From: an uncultured Chthonomonadales bacterium
GTDB lineage: Bacteria > Armatimonadota > Chthonomonadetes > Chthonomonadales > CAJBBX01
DNA: 64,000 nucleotides
NCBI GenBank assembly: GCA_938005745.1
Contig: CALLMM010000018.1
Location: forward strand, 1,454-65,453
Direction: 5' to 3'
Positions 29,346 to 37,955 of this stretch are shown here, one piece after another. The notes beneath the pieces were generated by a model that saw only the letters and a program-made list of their open reading frames with translations, searched no databases and was not told where the DNA came from. The position numbers and the translations under genes were made by a program. Each line of letters opens with the position of its first letter. The stretch's first letter is position 1.

Positions 29346-30479
29346 CTACTGCGGATAGACGAAGACCGACAGCGTGCCGTGAGCGAACTCGAACTCGGTC
29401 TTTTTCACATTGCCCATGTCGCCCGTGCGGGTGTACTGCCAGCGCAGCTCTGCGCGCGGGTTGAAGGTGAACGCCTGCGCGCTGTCGCGCACCGAGTTGC
29501 GCAGCGTCGGAGGCGTCCAGATCAGGACATCGTTGGTCTTCTTGTGGGTCGTGAAGCTGTGCGGCATCGAGTACTTCGGCGGCTGAAGCACGTTCCACTC
29601 GTACTTCTCCTCCACGACCTCCCAGAGCGTTTCGCCGCTGGTTCCCTGCACATCCACCGTGAAGCGGAACCGGTAGGGGGACTGCTCGTAGATGGTAGCG
29701 TTGCGGGTCGGCTTCTTGTTCATGATGAAGTCGCGGGTCTTCGTCATCGCCAGAACGCGCACCGTCAGCTTTGAAGCGGACAACTGCATCTCCTGACCGG
29801 GCTTGAGCCACGTGCTTCCGATCAGGAACCACAGATCCTTGCTGTCGTTGCGGATCTTGAGCAGAGGCGTCACTCCCCTCAGCCCCCCGGACTGCCCGGA
29901 AGAGCCTCCGCCCGGTCTGCCCGACCCGTCTCCGGGAGCCAGTCCGCTGCTGGAGCCGAAATCCTGGAGCTTCACCGCCATCTTGCCGAGGCGATCCTGA
30001 AACCACTGATAGCTCTTCGCAAACACCTGCGCGTTGCGCATCGCGCTCATGCCGTTGATCTCAGTCGCCTCCTGCCGCAGTTCGCGCAAGGTCATCATGT
30101 GCGTGATGCAGAGATCGCGCCGGGCTTTCGCCTGTTTGAGCGCCTCCTGATCGCGGGGATCCCACTTCGATACGTCCTTCTCGTCGTGCTGGCGAATGAT
30201 CTGCTGCACCTCCTCATCCGCCGCCCTGTACGCCTCGTTGATCTGCTGGTTGTAGACCTTCAACTGTCCCTGAAAGGCTTCAAAGCGCTTGCGAAACTTC
30301 TCCAGACTGCGAGACTGCTGAAGCTCCTGACGCATCTGCTGGACGTTGTCCGCCAGCTTCTGCCCTGCCTTATTCACCATCTCCATGCCTGCCACATATC
30401 CCGCCTGGGCAAAGAGGGAGCCGGGAAGGCTCAACAGCAGCAGAACGGCGAATAGCCTTACCGCATTATGGATTCGCAT
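29346..30479 (-). CDS. Secreted hypothetical protein (coiled-coil N-terminal half, Gly-rich linker, beta-rich C-terminal domain)
   Basis: Signal peptide MRIHNAVRLFAVLLLLSLPGSLFAQA. The Q/E/K/R-rich helical region is followed by GSSSGLAPGDGSGRPGGGSSGQSGG. No family recognised. Confidence 0.6.
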   Translation of the reverse strand: MRIHNAVRLFAVLLLLSLPGSLFAQAGYVAGMEMVNKAGQKLADNVQQMRQELQQSRSLEKFRKRFEAFQGQLKVYNQQINEAYRAADEEVQQIIRQHDEKDVSKWDPRDQEALKQAKARRDLCITHMMTLRELRQEATEINGMSAMRNAQVFAKSYQWFQDRLGKMAVKLQDFGSSSGLAPGDGSGRPGGGSSGQSGGLRGVTPLLKIRNDSKDLWFLIGSTWLKPGQEMQLSASKLTVRVLAMTKTRDFIMNKKPTRNATIYEQSPYRFRFTVDVQGTSGETLWEVVEEKYEWNVLQPPKYSMPHSFTTHKKTNDVLIWTPPTLRNSVRDSAQAFTFNPRAELRWQYTRTGDMGNVKKTEFEFAHGTLSVFVYPQ

Positions 30480-31046
30480 CCTGTTTCTCCCTGGAGCGTT
30501 CTGCGCTCCTATTGACCGTCATCGCGCAACTAATAAGTCACGCTAAAAATCAATAACTGTCAATAATGCAATTATCGGTTCACTATTCGTGCGGCGTTAG
30601 GACTACTTCCTGCTGCCATTCTCGCAGACACAGCGTAGGAGACACAGAGCTTTGCCGGGAAAGGTGAGACGACGACGCTTCAGGAGGGCGCAGCCGGGCT
30701 GCGCTGCCACACGAGGCGTCTCGTCCGTCAAATACAAGGGGAGTGTTCGCGATGGGGTCTCGCAGTGCTATGGCGGTTCTTATCCGGCAGCGCGCCGCGC
30801 GATCTCTACGATGCGGTAACCGGTCGCTATCTGGCGCGGCGCGTTCGGGGTAGAGGACGCTTTATCAGCGCGGAGGCTTCCGGACGCGCCTTCAATACGC
30901 TGCCGGGCGATCATGCGGCGGTGATTGTGGCGGTTCCGACAGGCAGACGTCTGACGCGGGACGCGCGCGGCAGGAGGATCGGCAGCGTGGTGGTGCAGTA
31001 TCTTCCGCAGAGCCGGAAGTAGCAGAAGCGACGATAGGCGCGGCGG

Positions 31047-33092
31047 CTATCCCGACGTCCGTCGCCAGGCGCGCAGCAGCTCCGCCACACTCCACGCCTG
31101 CGCGATACAACCGTCGGGCGTATGCGGCGGGTCGGCGTCGAAGATCTCGGAGCAGTAGCCGATCCCCGCCTCCTGCAGATGCGCCGGCAGACAACTCAGC
31201 AGCACCCTCGCTCGCTGCGGCTCTCGATAGACCTTCAGATGCGCGTCCACAAAGGCTCCCAGCAGCCACGCCCAGACCGTTCCCTGATGATAGGCGGCGT
31301 CCCGCTCCTGCGGAGAGCCGCGATAGCGCGGGACATAGGCGGGGTCTTCCGGAGAGAGGGTGCGCAGTCCGCAGGGCGTCAGCAGATGCCGCTCCACCGT
31401 CTCCACCACCGCCCTCTGCTGCTCTGCGGTCAGCGGCGAGTGGGGCAGCGAGACGGCGAAGATCTGATTGGGGCGGATGGAGGCGTCGGGTCCCTCCGCG
31501 CCAATCACATCATACAGCCCGTGCCCGTCGGGACGCACGAACGCCTTTCGGAAACTCTTCGCCGTCCGGCTGGCGAGCCGGGCGTAGGACTGCGGGTCCT
31601 CTCCCAATCTCTGCGCCAGCCCTTTCATGATACACAGCGCATGGTACCAGAGCGCGTTGATCTCGACCGGCTTGCCGATGCGCGGAGTGACGACCCGCTC
31701 CCCGATCCGCGCATCCATCCAGGTCAACTGCACGCCCGGGACCCCGGCGTGCAGCAGCCCGTCCGCCGGATCCACGCGAACCCCGTAGCGCGTTCCTCGC
31801 AGGTGCCAGTCCACGCTCTCCTTCAGAACGTCCCACAGTTCGCGCGCCAGTTCCCACCCGCCTTCCGTCTGTCGGACATAGGCGTCGAGGGCGTGGAAGA
31901 ACCAGAGCGCGGCGTCCACCGCATTGTACTCCGGCGTCTCTCCCTGATCGGGGAAGCGGTTGGGCAGCATTCCCTCACTGAAATAGGCGGCGTAGGAGGT
32001 GAGAATATCACGAGCGACATCGTGTCTGCCGGTCGCCAGACACAGCCCCGGAAGCGCGATCATCGTATCGCGCCCCCAGTCCGTGAACCAGTGATACCCG
32101 GCGATCACCGTGCTGCGGCGAAGCCGGGGCGCGTCGTCTTCCGGGCGGCAGACGGCGCGGTTGACGGCGGGGGCGTCCATGAGGAAGGCGTCCGCCGCCA
32201 GCGTCAGGGCGCGGGTGAGATCGTCGGAAGCGTGCGCGCGCAGGATCAGGCTCTCCTGCCGCTCCCGCAGGGCGCGCCAGCTCACCTCCGGAGGCTCGAC
32301 GCACTTTTCGAGGGTCGCGATCAGCGTCAGGCTCGCGCCAGGCGCAAGATCGGCAAGGAAGTGCCCGGGGCAGTAGAGATCCTCCAGATAGTCGAAGCCC
32401 CGCTCCTGCTCGCGCGGATGCTCGACGCGGTAGTGCCAGTATCCGGCAGGCTCCCAGCGCGTTCCCGGCGCAAGCAGGCGCAGCATCGGAGATTCGGTGG
32501 TCGGCTGAAGCCGCGTCTCGCCCTCCAGCACGCAGACCTGCGCGGGGAAATCTTTCCAGAAATGCATCTCGCTGTGGTAGTCCTTCCAGCAGACGAGGGG
32601 CGTCAGGCGCAGGAGCAGGGGCGCGGGCGCCTTCCGCAGCGCATAGCGCAGGCAGACGGTGTTGCGTCCATAGGGCATCCAGATGCGCTTCTCCAGCAGC
32701 GTATCGGGTCGGGGGCGGTAGAGGAAGGCGGGCGCAGGCAGCGCCTGAAACCGCTCCAGCCAGCGATATCCCTGCGGATGGATCGCGCCGGGGTAGCGGT
32801 TTGCGCTCAACTCGAAGGTCTCGCCGTTCAACAGAAGCGTCTCCTCAACCTTCGAGAGCAGACACCTTCTGCCGGTCGGGGGGGTCAGCGCGGCGACGAG
32901 CAGCCCGTGATAGCGGCGCGTATTGGCGCCGGAGAGGCTGCCGGAGGCGTAGCCGCCGATGCCGTTGGTCGCCAGCCACTCCCGCTGCGACGCCTGCTCA
33001 AAGTCCTGAAGGATCTGCCGATCTGTGATATCGCCTGACAACTCCGGTCTCCTTGAACGCCGCCCCCTCGCCTGCCGCTGGCTATTCGGCAT
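31047..33092 (-). CDS. Glycogen-debranching-enzyme family protein (amylo-alpha-1,6-glucosidase, GDE_C type)
   Basis: N-terminus ...REWLATNGIGGYASGSLSGANTRRYHGLLVAAL. C-terminal (alpha/alpha)6 part ...AGYHWFTDWGRDTMIALPGL...YHQGTVWAWLLG. ATG 33092 overlaps the upstream gene's stop by 11 nt. Confidence 0.85.
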   Translation of the reverse strand: MPNSQRQARGRRSRRPELSGDITDRQILQDFEQASQREWLATNGIGGYASGSLSGANTRRYHGLLVAALTPPTGRRCLLSKVEETLLLNGETFELSANRYPGAIHPQGYRWLERFQALPAPAFLYRPRPDTLLEKRIWMPYGRNTVCLRYALRKAPAPLLLRLTPLVCWKDYHSEMHFWKDFPAQVCVLEGETRLQPTTESPMLRLLAPGTRWEPAGYWHYRVEHPREQERGFDYLEDLYCPGHFLADLAPGASLTLIATLEKCVEPPEVSWRALRERQESLILRAHASDDLTRALTLAADAFLMDAPAVNRAVCRPEDDAPRLRRSTVIAGYHWFTDWGRDTMIALPGLCLATGRHDVARDILTSYAAYFSEGMLPNRFPDQGETPEYNAVDAALWFFHALDAYVRQTEGGWELARELWDVLKESVDWHLRGTRYGVRVDPADGLLHAGVPGVQLTWMDARIGERVVTPRIGKPVEINALWYHALCIMKGLAQRLGEDPQSYARLASRTAKSFRKAFVRPDGHGLYDVIGAEGPDASIRPNQIFAVSLPHSPLTAEQQRAVVETVERHLLTPCGLRTLSPEDPAYVPRYRGSPQERDAAYHQGTVWAWLLGAFVDAHLKVYREPQRARVLLSCLPAHLQEAGIGYCSEIFDADPPHTPDGCIAQAWSVAELLRAWRRTSG

Positions 33093-35655
33093 CGCGCACA
33101 CACCGGAAGCCGATCGTGGCGCACCGATCCAGTCCGGGATAGAGCAGCAGCATTTTCGCATGATGATCCAGCGGCTGCGCCCCGCCATGCAGATACCAGA
33201 GGCTGCCGGGGGCGTCATAGGCGCAGCCGCTCCGCAGGATCGCATAGCGGGTATGCCCGTCGCTGCGCTCGCTCTCCGTCCACTGCCAGACGTTGCCCGT
33301 CATGTCGTAACAGCCCCACGGGCTGCGTCCCTGTGGATAGGCGCGCACGGGCGTAGTGCTCCCGCCGGAGCCGTTGCACCGCGCCGCGTCAAACTCGTCC
33401 CCCCAGGGCCAGCGGCGTCCGTCGGTTCCCTGTCCCGCCAGATGCCACTCCGGCTCGGTCGGCAGACGCTTACCCGCCCAGCGCGCATAGGCGCGCGCGT
33501 CGTCGAGGTCCACGTAGACCACCGGATGATCGCGCAGGGCGTCCGGGCAGCGCCGACCGCCCCAGTGTTTCAGGAAGCTGCGCCCCTCTTTCGGGCGGTA
33601 GCCGCTCGCCTGCAGGAACGTCTCATACTCCCCGTTGGTCACCAGGCAGGCGTCTATCCAGAAGGGAGCGACGGTCGCTCGGTAGTCGTGCACAAGGGTC
33701 TCCTGGAACGGGTTGCCGATCAGGAAGTAGTCGAGACGTTCGGGAGGCGTCCCCGGATCGGGGTAGCAGCCGCACTCGCGCCGCTCGTGCCGGATACGCA
33801 TCTGAACCTCGCCCCCCGGCACATAGACCATATTCTCCGGCGGGGCGGAGCGGGGTGCGGGGCGGGTGCGCTCGATCGGTCGCGGGTCGTGCGAGCGGGC
33901 GGAGGGCGTCGGAGCCGGCACGACGGCGGGGCGGTTCAGCAGGGCGCGAATGCGAGGCGGGACCTCCCTGCCCCGCGTCCAGACGATCGCGCCCAGACGA
34001 TCGAGTTCGGCGTAAACGGCTCCGTCCGCCTCCCGGCGCAGTTCGATCCCGCGCCACAGATCGAACAGGCGCGCCTCTTCGGGCAGGTCGGCAGGCGGCA
34101 GGAGTGCGCCGCGCACGGTCGTCCCGGTGCGGTTGACCAGCAGCGTGAGCGTAACGCCGTCGCCCGACCATCGGCTGGCGTAGACCCCCTCCCGCAGGGT
34201 CGGCGTGAACGGCTCCCAGCTTTCGGAGGAGAGCTCTCCGGCAAACGCCCGCAGGATCGCGACCGCGCGGCTCCAGAGCGCGCCCTCCTCCGCCCGCCAC
34301 GGGTTGTAGCTGCCGAAGACGTTCTCCCAGATCAGCATGCCGCTGCCGTTAAAGAACGCCTGTTCGATCTCGTCCATATGGCTGCGGTTCCATCGGTGGA
34401 TCTGGTGCTGCATGTGGCGCGGCTCGATCCACTTCAGGCGCAGCAGAGCGGGCGCAGGATAGGCGGGAAAGCCCTGCGCCCACGATGCGCTGCAGTCGCT
34501 GATCTGCTCCAGCGGGGGCGCGCCCTCCGGCTCGAAGATGACGCCAGAGCGGTGCGCGTCCACCGTCAGGCGCAGATCGGGGGGCGCCGCCGTCATGGTG
34601 TCCAGAAACAAGCCATCCGCCCCCACATCGCGCGCCAGTTTTGCCAGTGCCTCCGCGTCCGAAACCGGCTCCCGGCGTGTGCCGGTATCCCAGGGATTGT
34701 AGTCCAGAAAGACCTTCACCCCCCGCCGATGAAACTGATCGGTCAGCCGCTTCAGTCCGGGCAGTCCGCCGGGCATATCGCGGTAGTAGTCGAACTGGTT
34801 GCGGTCGTCCAGCCCGATGCGCGGGTAGGCGTGCCACAGCACGATCGAGTCCACGTCCCCAAAACGCCGCTTCAGCATCTGCAGCAGGGCGTCCGGCGTA
34901 TACTTTCGGGCGACCGGATCGTAGAGGTTGAGGTCGTAGAGCATGGCGAGGTAGCAGGCGAAGTTGCGCACCGACCACTGCAGGTCGGGGCGCGCATAGA
35001 GCGAACGATCCAGCCCCCGGGATGCGCGGGCTTCCTCCTCGCGCAGACGGCGCGCCGTCTGCATACGCTCCGGCGTCGAGGCGAACTGCGCCGTCAGACC
35101 GCGTATCTCCCAGACGCCCGGCTGCGGGTCGTGCGTCGCATCCTGCCCGAGGATCAGGCTGGCGACGCCCTGCGCCGGATCAAACTGCGGCAGGACGCAC
35201 CCGGTCTGCAGCGGATGCCACTGCCCGTCGGCAGGGATCGCAGCGGTGTGGAAGACGCCGGACCATCCCTTCCATGCCAGAGAGACGGGGTCGAGAAAGT
35301 CCAGCGCAAGGCAGATACGCCGGTTGCCCGACAGCCACCGCGCCTCGCAGGCGAGGGTGACCCGCTCTCCCGGCTGAAGCGCTATCGCGCGCGCCAGCTG
35401 CGGCTGCAGGCGCGTCCAGGCGCGCACGCCTCCAAACGCGACCCGCACGTGCATCGGAGGGGGATTTTCGCGCGACCGCTCCCGCAGCCTCTGCAGCGCG
35501 CTCCGCCATGCCGTCCGCTCTGCAGAAGGCTCCGGAGCCAGAATATGATAGGCGTTCGCCGAAAGACCCGGCGGATCGGTCTCGCGCTGCCACTGCGCGT
35601 CCGCGCCGTCGGGAACCCAGACGAAGCGGGAAAAGGGCAGCGTTACGGTCTCCAC
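33082..35655 (-). CDS. Fusion protein: unknown N-terminal domain + TIM-barrel-like glycoside-hydrolase-like domain + C-terminal FGE-sulfatase-fold (SUMF1/EgtB/PvdO family) domain
   Basis: C-terminus ...YVDLDDARAYARWAGKRLPTEPEWHLA...GNVWQWTE...GFRCVRDAE is the FGE-sulfatase fold. Middle reads ...GVKVFLDYNPWD...GADGLFLDTM. GTG 35655 is preceded by GGAAGGAG at 7-nt spacing; the track ORF extends further upstream and overlaps the next gene. Confidence 0.75.
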   Translation of the reverse strand: METVTLPFSRFVWVPDGADAQWQRETDPPGLSANAYHILAPEPSAERTAWRSALQRLRERSRENPPPMHVRVAFGGVRAWTRLQPQLARAIALQPGERVTLACEARWLSGNRRICLALDFLDPVSLAWKGWSGVFHTAAIPADGQWHPLQTGCVLPQFDPAQGVASLILGQDATHDPQPGVWEIRGLTAQFASTPERMQTARRLREEEARASRGLDRSLYARPDLQWSVRNFACYLAMLYDLNLYDPVARKYTPDALLQMLKRRFGDVDSIVLWHAYPRIGLDDRNQFDYYRDMPGGLPGLKRLTDQFHRRGVKVFLDYNPWDTGTRREPVSDAEALAKLARDVGADGLFLDTMTAAPPDLRLTVDAHRSGVIFEPEGAPPLEQISDCSASWAQGFPAYPAPALLRLKWIEPRHMQHQIHRWNRSHMDEIEQAFFNGSGMLIWENVFGSYNPWRAEEGALWSRAVAILRAFAGELSSESWEPFTPTLREGVYASRWSGDGVTLTLLVNRTGTTVRGALLPPADLPEEARLFDLWRGIELRREADGAVYAELDRLGAIVWTRGREVPPRIRALLNRPAVVPAPTPSARSHDPRPIERTRPAPRSAPPENMVYVPGGEVQMRIRHERRECGCYPDPGTPPERLDYFLIGNPFQETLVHDYRATVAPFWIDACLVTNGEYETFLQASGYRPKEGRSFLKHWGGRRCPDALRDHPVVYVDLDDARAYARWAGKRLPTEPEWHLAGQGTDGRRWPWGDEFDAARCNGSGGSTTPVRAYPQGRSPWGCYDMTGNVWQWTESERSDGHTRYAILRSGCAYDAPGSLWYLHGGAQPLDHHAKMLLLYPGLDRCATIGFRCVRDAE

Positions 35656-35675
35656 AGCATCGCTCCTTCCCTGTC

Positions 35676-37679
35676 TCACTGCCAAAACTGGTAGGTCGGC
35701 ACCTCCCGAATGATCCCGTAGATATTCAGGAAACTGCCCAGCACAAACTGCCCGAGCATCAGCCCGATAAAGAACGGAATGGAACGCTGGAACGCGATCC
35801 GCCCGCCGTAGCGCAGGATAACCACCTTCAGCACCCAGGCGAAAAACAGCGGCAGCCAGACCAGATTGATGGACCAGCTGGAGGTGACGGCATACGCCAG
35901 CGGATGGAAGGGCCACCAGGTAAAACGCACGCGCATCCACTGCAAGAAGAGTGCGGTGATGAAGCCGACGCCGGCGGCGACCCCTGCCGGGAAGCTCCCG
36001 AACTTCGGCGTCTTCAGCCATCCCTCCAGCCGCGTGTAGGCTTCCGGTCCGAAGGTCATGGTGGACTTGGCGCGCGCGCCGTAGTCGTACATCAGGTGCA
36101 GCATCGCCCAGAAGGCGACAAAAGCCGCCAGGATCCCAAAGAGCGCCATCGCCCAGAACCACTTCCGGTAGTCGCTGTAGCTCTGCTCCGCCAGCTTGAA
36201 CGCCTCCAGTTGATGCGGCATCGGGTGGGAGCGGTAGGCGCGGTTGAACCAGAAGAAGATGGAGAAGGCGACCAGCTGCGCCGGCGTGAAGGCGCGCGTG
36301 CCGAGCGTCTCGGTCAGGATCCAGTCGGGACCGGTGAAGTGCAGGTCGTGCACCGGCGTTCCCATCTCGGCGCGCATTCGGGTAATGGCGACCGCCAGCG
36401 CAACATAGATCAGAAAGAAGAGGATCGCCAGCCAGGGCGTCATCCCCATCAGCATGGAGAACCAGATCAGCCCCCCCATACCGACCACGATCCCCAGCAG
36501 CGCCTGCCGATAGCGGATCGGCTCATTGCGGTCGTCTATCTCGGAGCGGCGTCCCAGCGCGCACTGGAAGACCTGCGCCAGGTAGCCCCGGCTCAGCCAC
36601 AGCGACATGATGCAGAAGGCGATATAGGCTCCGAACGCCTGATTGTTGTCGTAGGGGAAGCGCGGGTCCTGATCCCACGCCATCGCGACCGTGACAACCC
36701 GCTGCATCTTCCAGAAGATGTAGAAGAACCAGCAGGAGAAGAGGAAGTCGAGCGGCATCAGCATCCCCAGCCCGATAATGAAGGGATAGAACGAGAGGGG
36801 CGTCCAGCCGATGGCGTTCCAGGGCTTCTGGGTGATCCATAGCTGTGCGTCGTAGAAACTGGAGCCGCGCCCCGGCGTGAAGATGGTCGGGATGCCGGGA
36901 TAGTAGACGTTGAGGCTGTTGACCAGGTCCACAAAGGAGGCGAGGAAGAACCCTATCCAGAAGAGACGGTTGCGGAAGACGCCTCCGGGCTGAAACGACT
37001 GCTCGCTGGAGATCTGCAGAGGAAGCTGGATGATCGGGTAGCTCAGCCGCTCGTTGTCGGTCCACTGGCGGCGCAGGATCGCGTTGATGCAGAGCATCAC
37101 GAACAGCAGCAGCCCCATGAAGCCGCTCCAGACGAGCGCGACCGGCAGCCAGGCGCGGATATAGGCGACCCGATAGAGGGTGTCGTTGCCGATGTAGTAC
37201 CCGGCGATGATGTCTTTGTCCTTGACGAACGCCCAGGTGGGCAGCAACGGATTGAAGAGGGTGTCCCACTGATTGGCGTTGTCCGCATAGCGGGTGGACC
37301 AGGAGAGCATCGGCACCAGGATCTGAAACATGTCGTGCCCGCACAGGCAGGAGCCGACCGCCAGCACGGCATAGACAAACAGCAGCTCGCCCCGTGTCAA
37401 CGCCAGGCGCGGAAATCTGCCGGAGACCCAGCGATTGATCAGCGTCAGCATCAACAGAATGAAGATCAGGTTGAAGAAAAGGGAGATGGTGGTCGGGTGG
37501 GCGGAGTAGCGCACCACCTCCATCTGCACGACCCAGTAGGCGTTGATCGGCAGAAGGATCGCCGCCAGGGCGACAGACCGCCAGGTAACCGCCTTCTGGC
37601 GCGGCGCGGCGGACGGCGCGCCGGCGGTCCTCTCTTCTGGCGGCATAAAGGATGTCGAAGGATGCGGAAATGTAGCCAT
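35676..37679 (-). CDS. Large polytopic integral membrane protein of unknown function (667 aa, more than 12 predicted TM segments by eye)
   Basis: Long runs of hydrophobic segments rich in W/F/Y (e.g. LFFNLIFILLMLTLI, WLPVALVWSGFMGLLLFVML, WLAILFFLIYVALAVAI). No transporter signature recognised. Confidence 0.75.
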   Translation of the reverse strand: MATFPHPSTSFMPPEERTAGAPSAAPRQKAVTWRSVALAAILLPINAYWVVQMEVVRYSAHPTTISLFFNLIFILLMLTLINRWVSGRFPRLALTRGELLFVYAVLAVGSCLCGHDMFQILVPMLSWSTRYADNANQWDTLFNPLLPTWAFVKDKDIIAGYYIGNDTLYRVAYIRAWLPVALVWSGFMGLLLFVMLCINAILRRQWTDNERLSYPIIQLPLQISSEQSFQPGGVFRNRLFWIGFFLASFVDLVNSLNVYYPGIPTIFTPGRGSSFYDAQLWITQKPWNAIGWTPLSFYPFIIGLGMLMPLDFLFSCWFFYIFWKMQRVVTVAMAWDQDPRFPYDNNQAFGAYIAFCIMSLWLSRGYLAQVFQCALGRRSEIDDRNEPIRYRQALLGIVVGMGGLIWFSMLMGMTPWLAILFFLIYVALAVAITRMRAEMGTPVHDLHFTGPDWILTETLGTRAFTPAQLVAFSIFFWFNRAYRSHPMPHQLEAFKLAEQSYSDYRKWFWAMALFGILAAFVAFWAMLHLMYDYGARAKSTMTFGPEAYTRLEGWLKTPKFGSFPAGVAAGVGFITALFLQWMRVRFTWWPFHPLAYAVTSSWSINLVWLPLFFAWVLKVVILRYGGRIAFQRSIPFFIGLMLGQFVLGSFLNIYGIIREVPTYQFWQ

Positions 37680-37955
37680 CGTTGACGGGGTCTTTCCTGG
37701 CGCTGGAGCGAAGATATGCCATGTTTCGCCGTCTGTCGTAGAACTCCTGCTTCCACGCCTCTGCGAAGGGGGTGGTTTTTCTCAGGGAACCCCGCTCCTG
37801 CGCCGATGCGGGGGAGCGGAAAATTCGCGCGGACGCCGGGAAGGAAGGAGACGGAGAGGCAGCGAAGGTATATCCGCTCCCTCCTGCGTTCCGGTTCGGA
37901 AGACGGCAGGCGCAGCTCCGCCCCAGCTGCCGCTTCTGGAAAGGAGGTCGAAACG

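Noticed and set aside
30765-31022. 85-aa plus-strand ORF (GTG start) between the secreted hypothetical gene and the debranching-enzyme gene
   Set aside because: No RBS, an Arg-rich composition and no recognisable motif. It could be real but I cannot support it. The nearby GCGCAGC-cgg-GCTGCGC hairpin (30688-30704) is likewise unassigned.
33082-36162. Calling this gene a bona fide formylglycine-generating enzyme, and using the full 1026-aa track ORF
   Set aside because: Only one Cys is present where FGEs have the CxxxxC pair, and the FGE fold occurs in many non-FGE proteins. The first 169 codons of the track ORF overlap the upstream membrane-protein gene, while an RBS-supported GTG lies at 35655.
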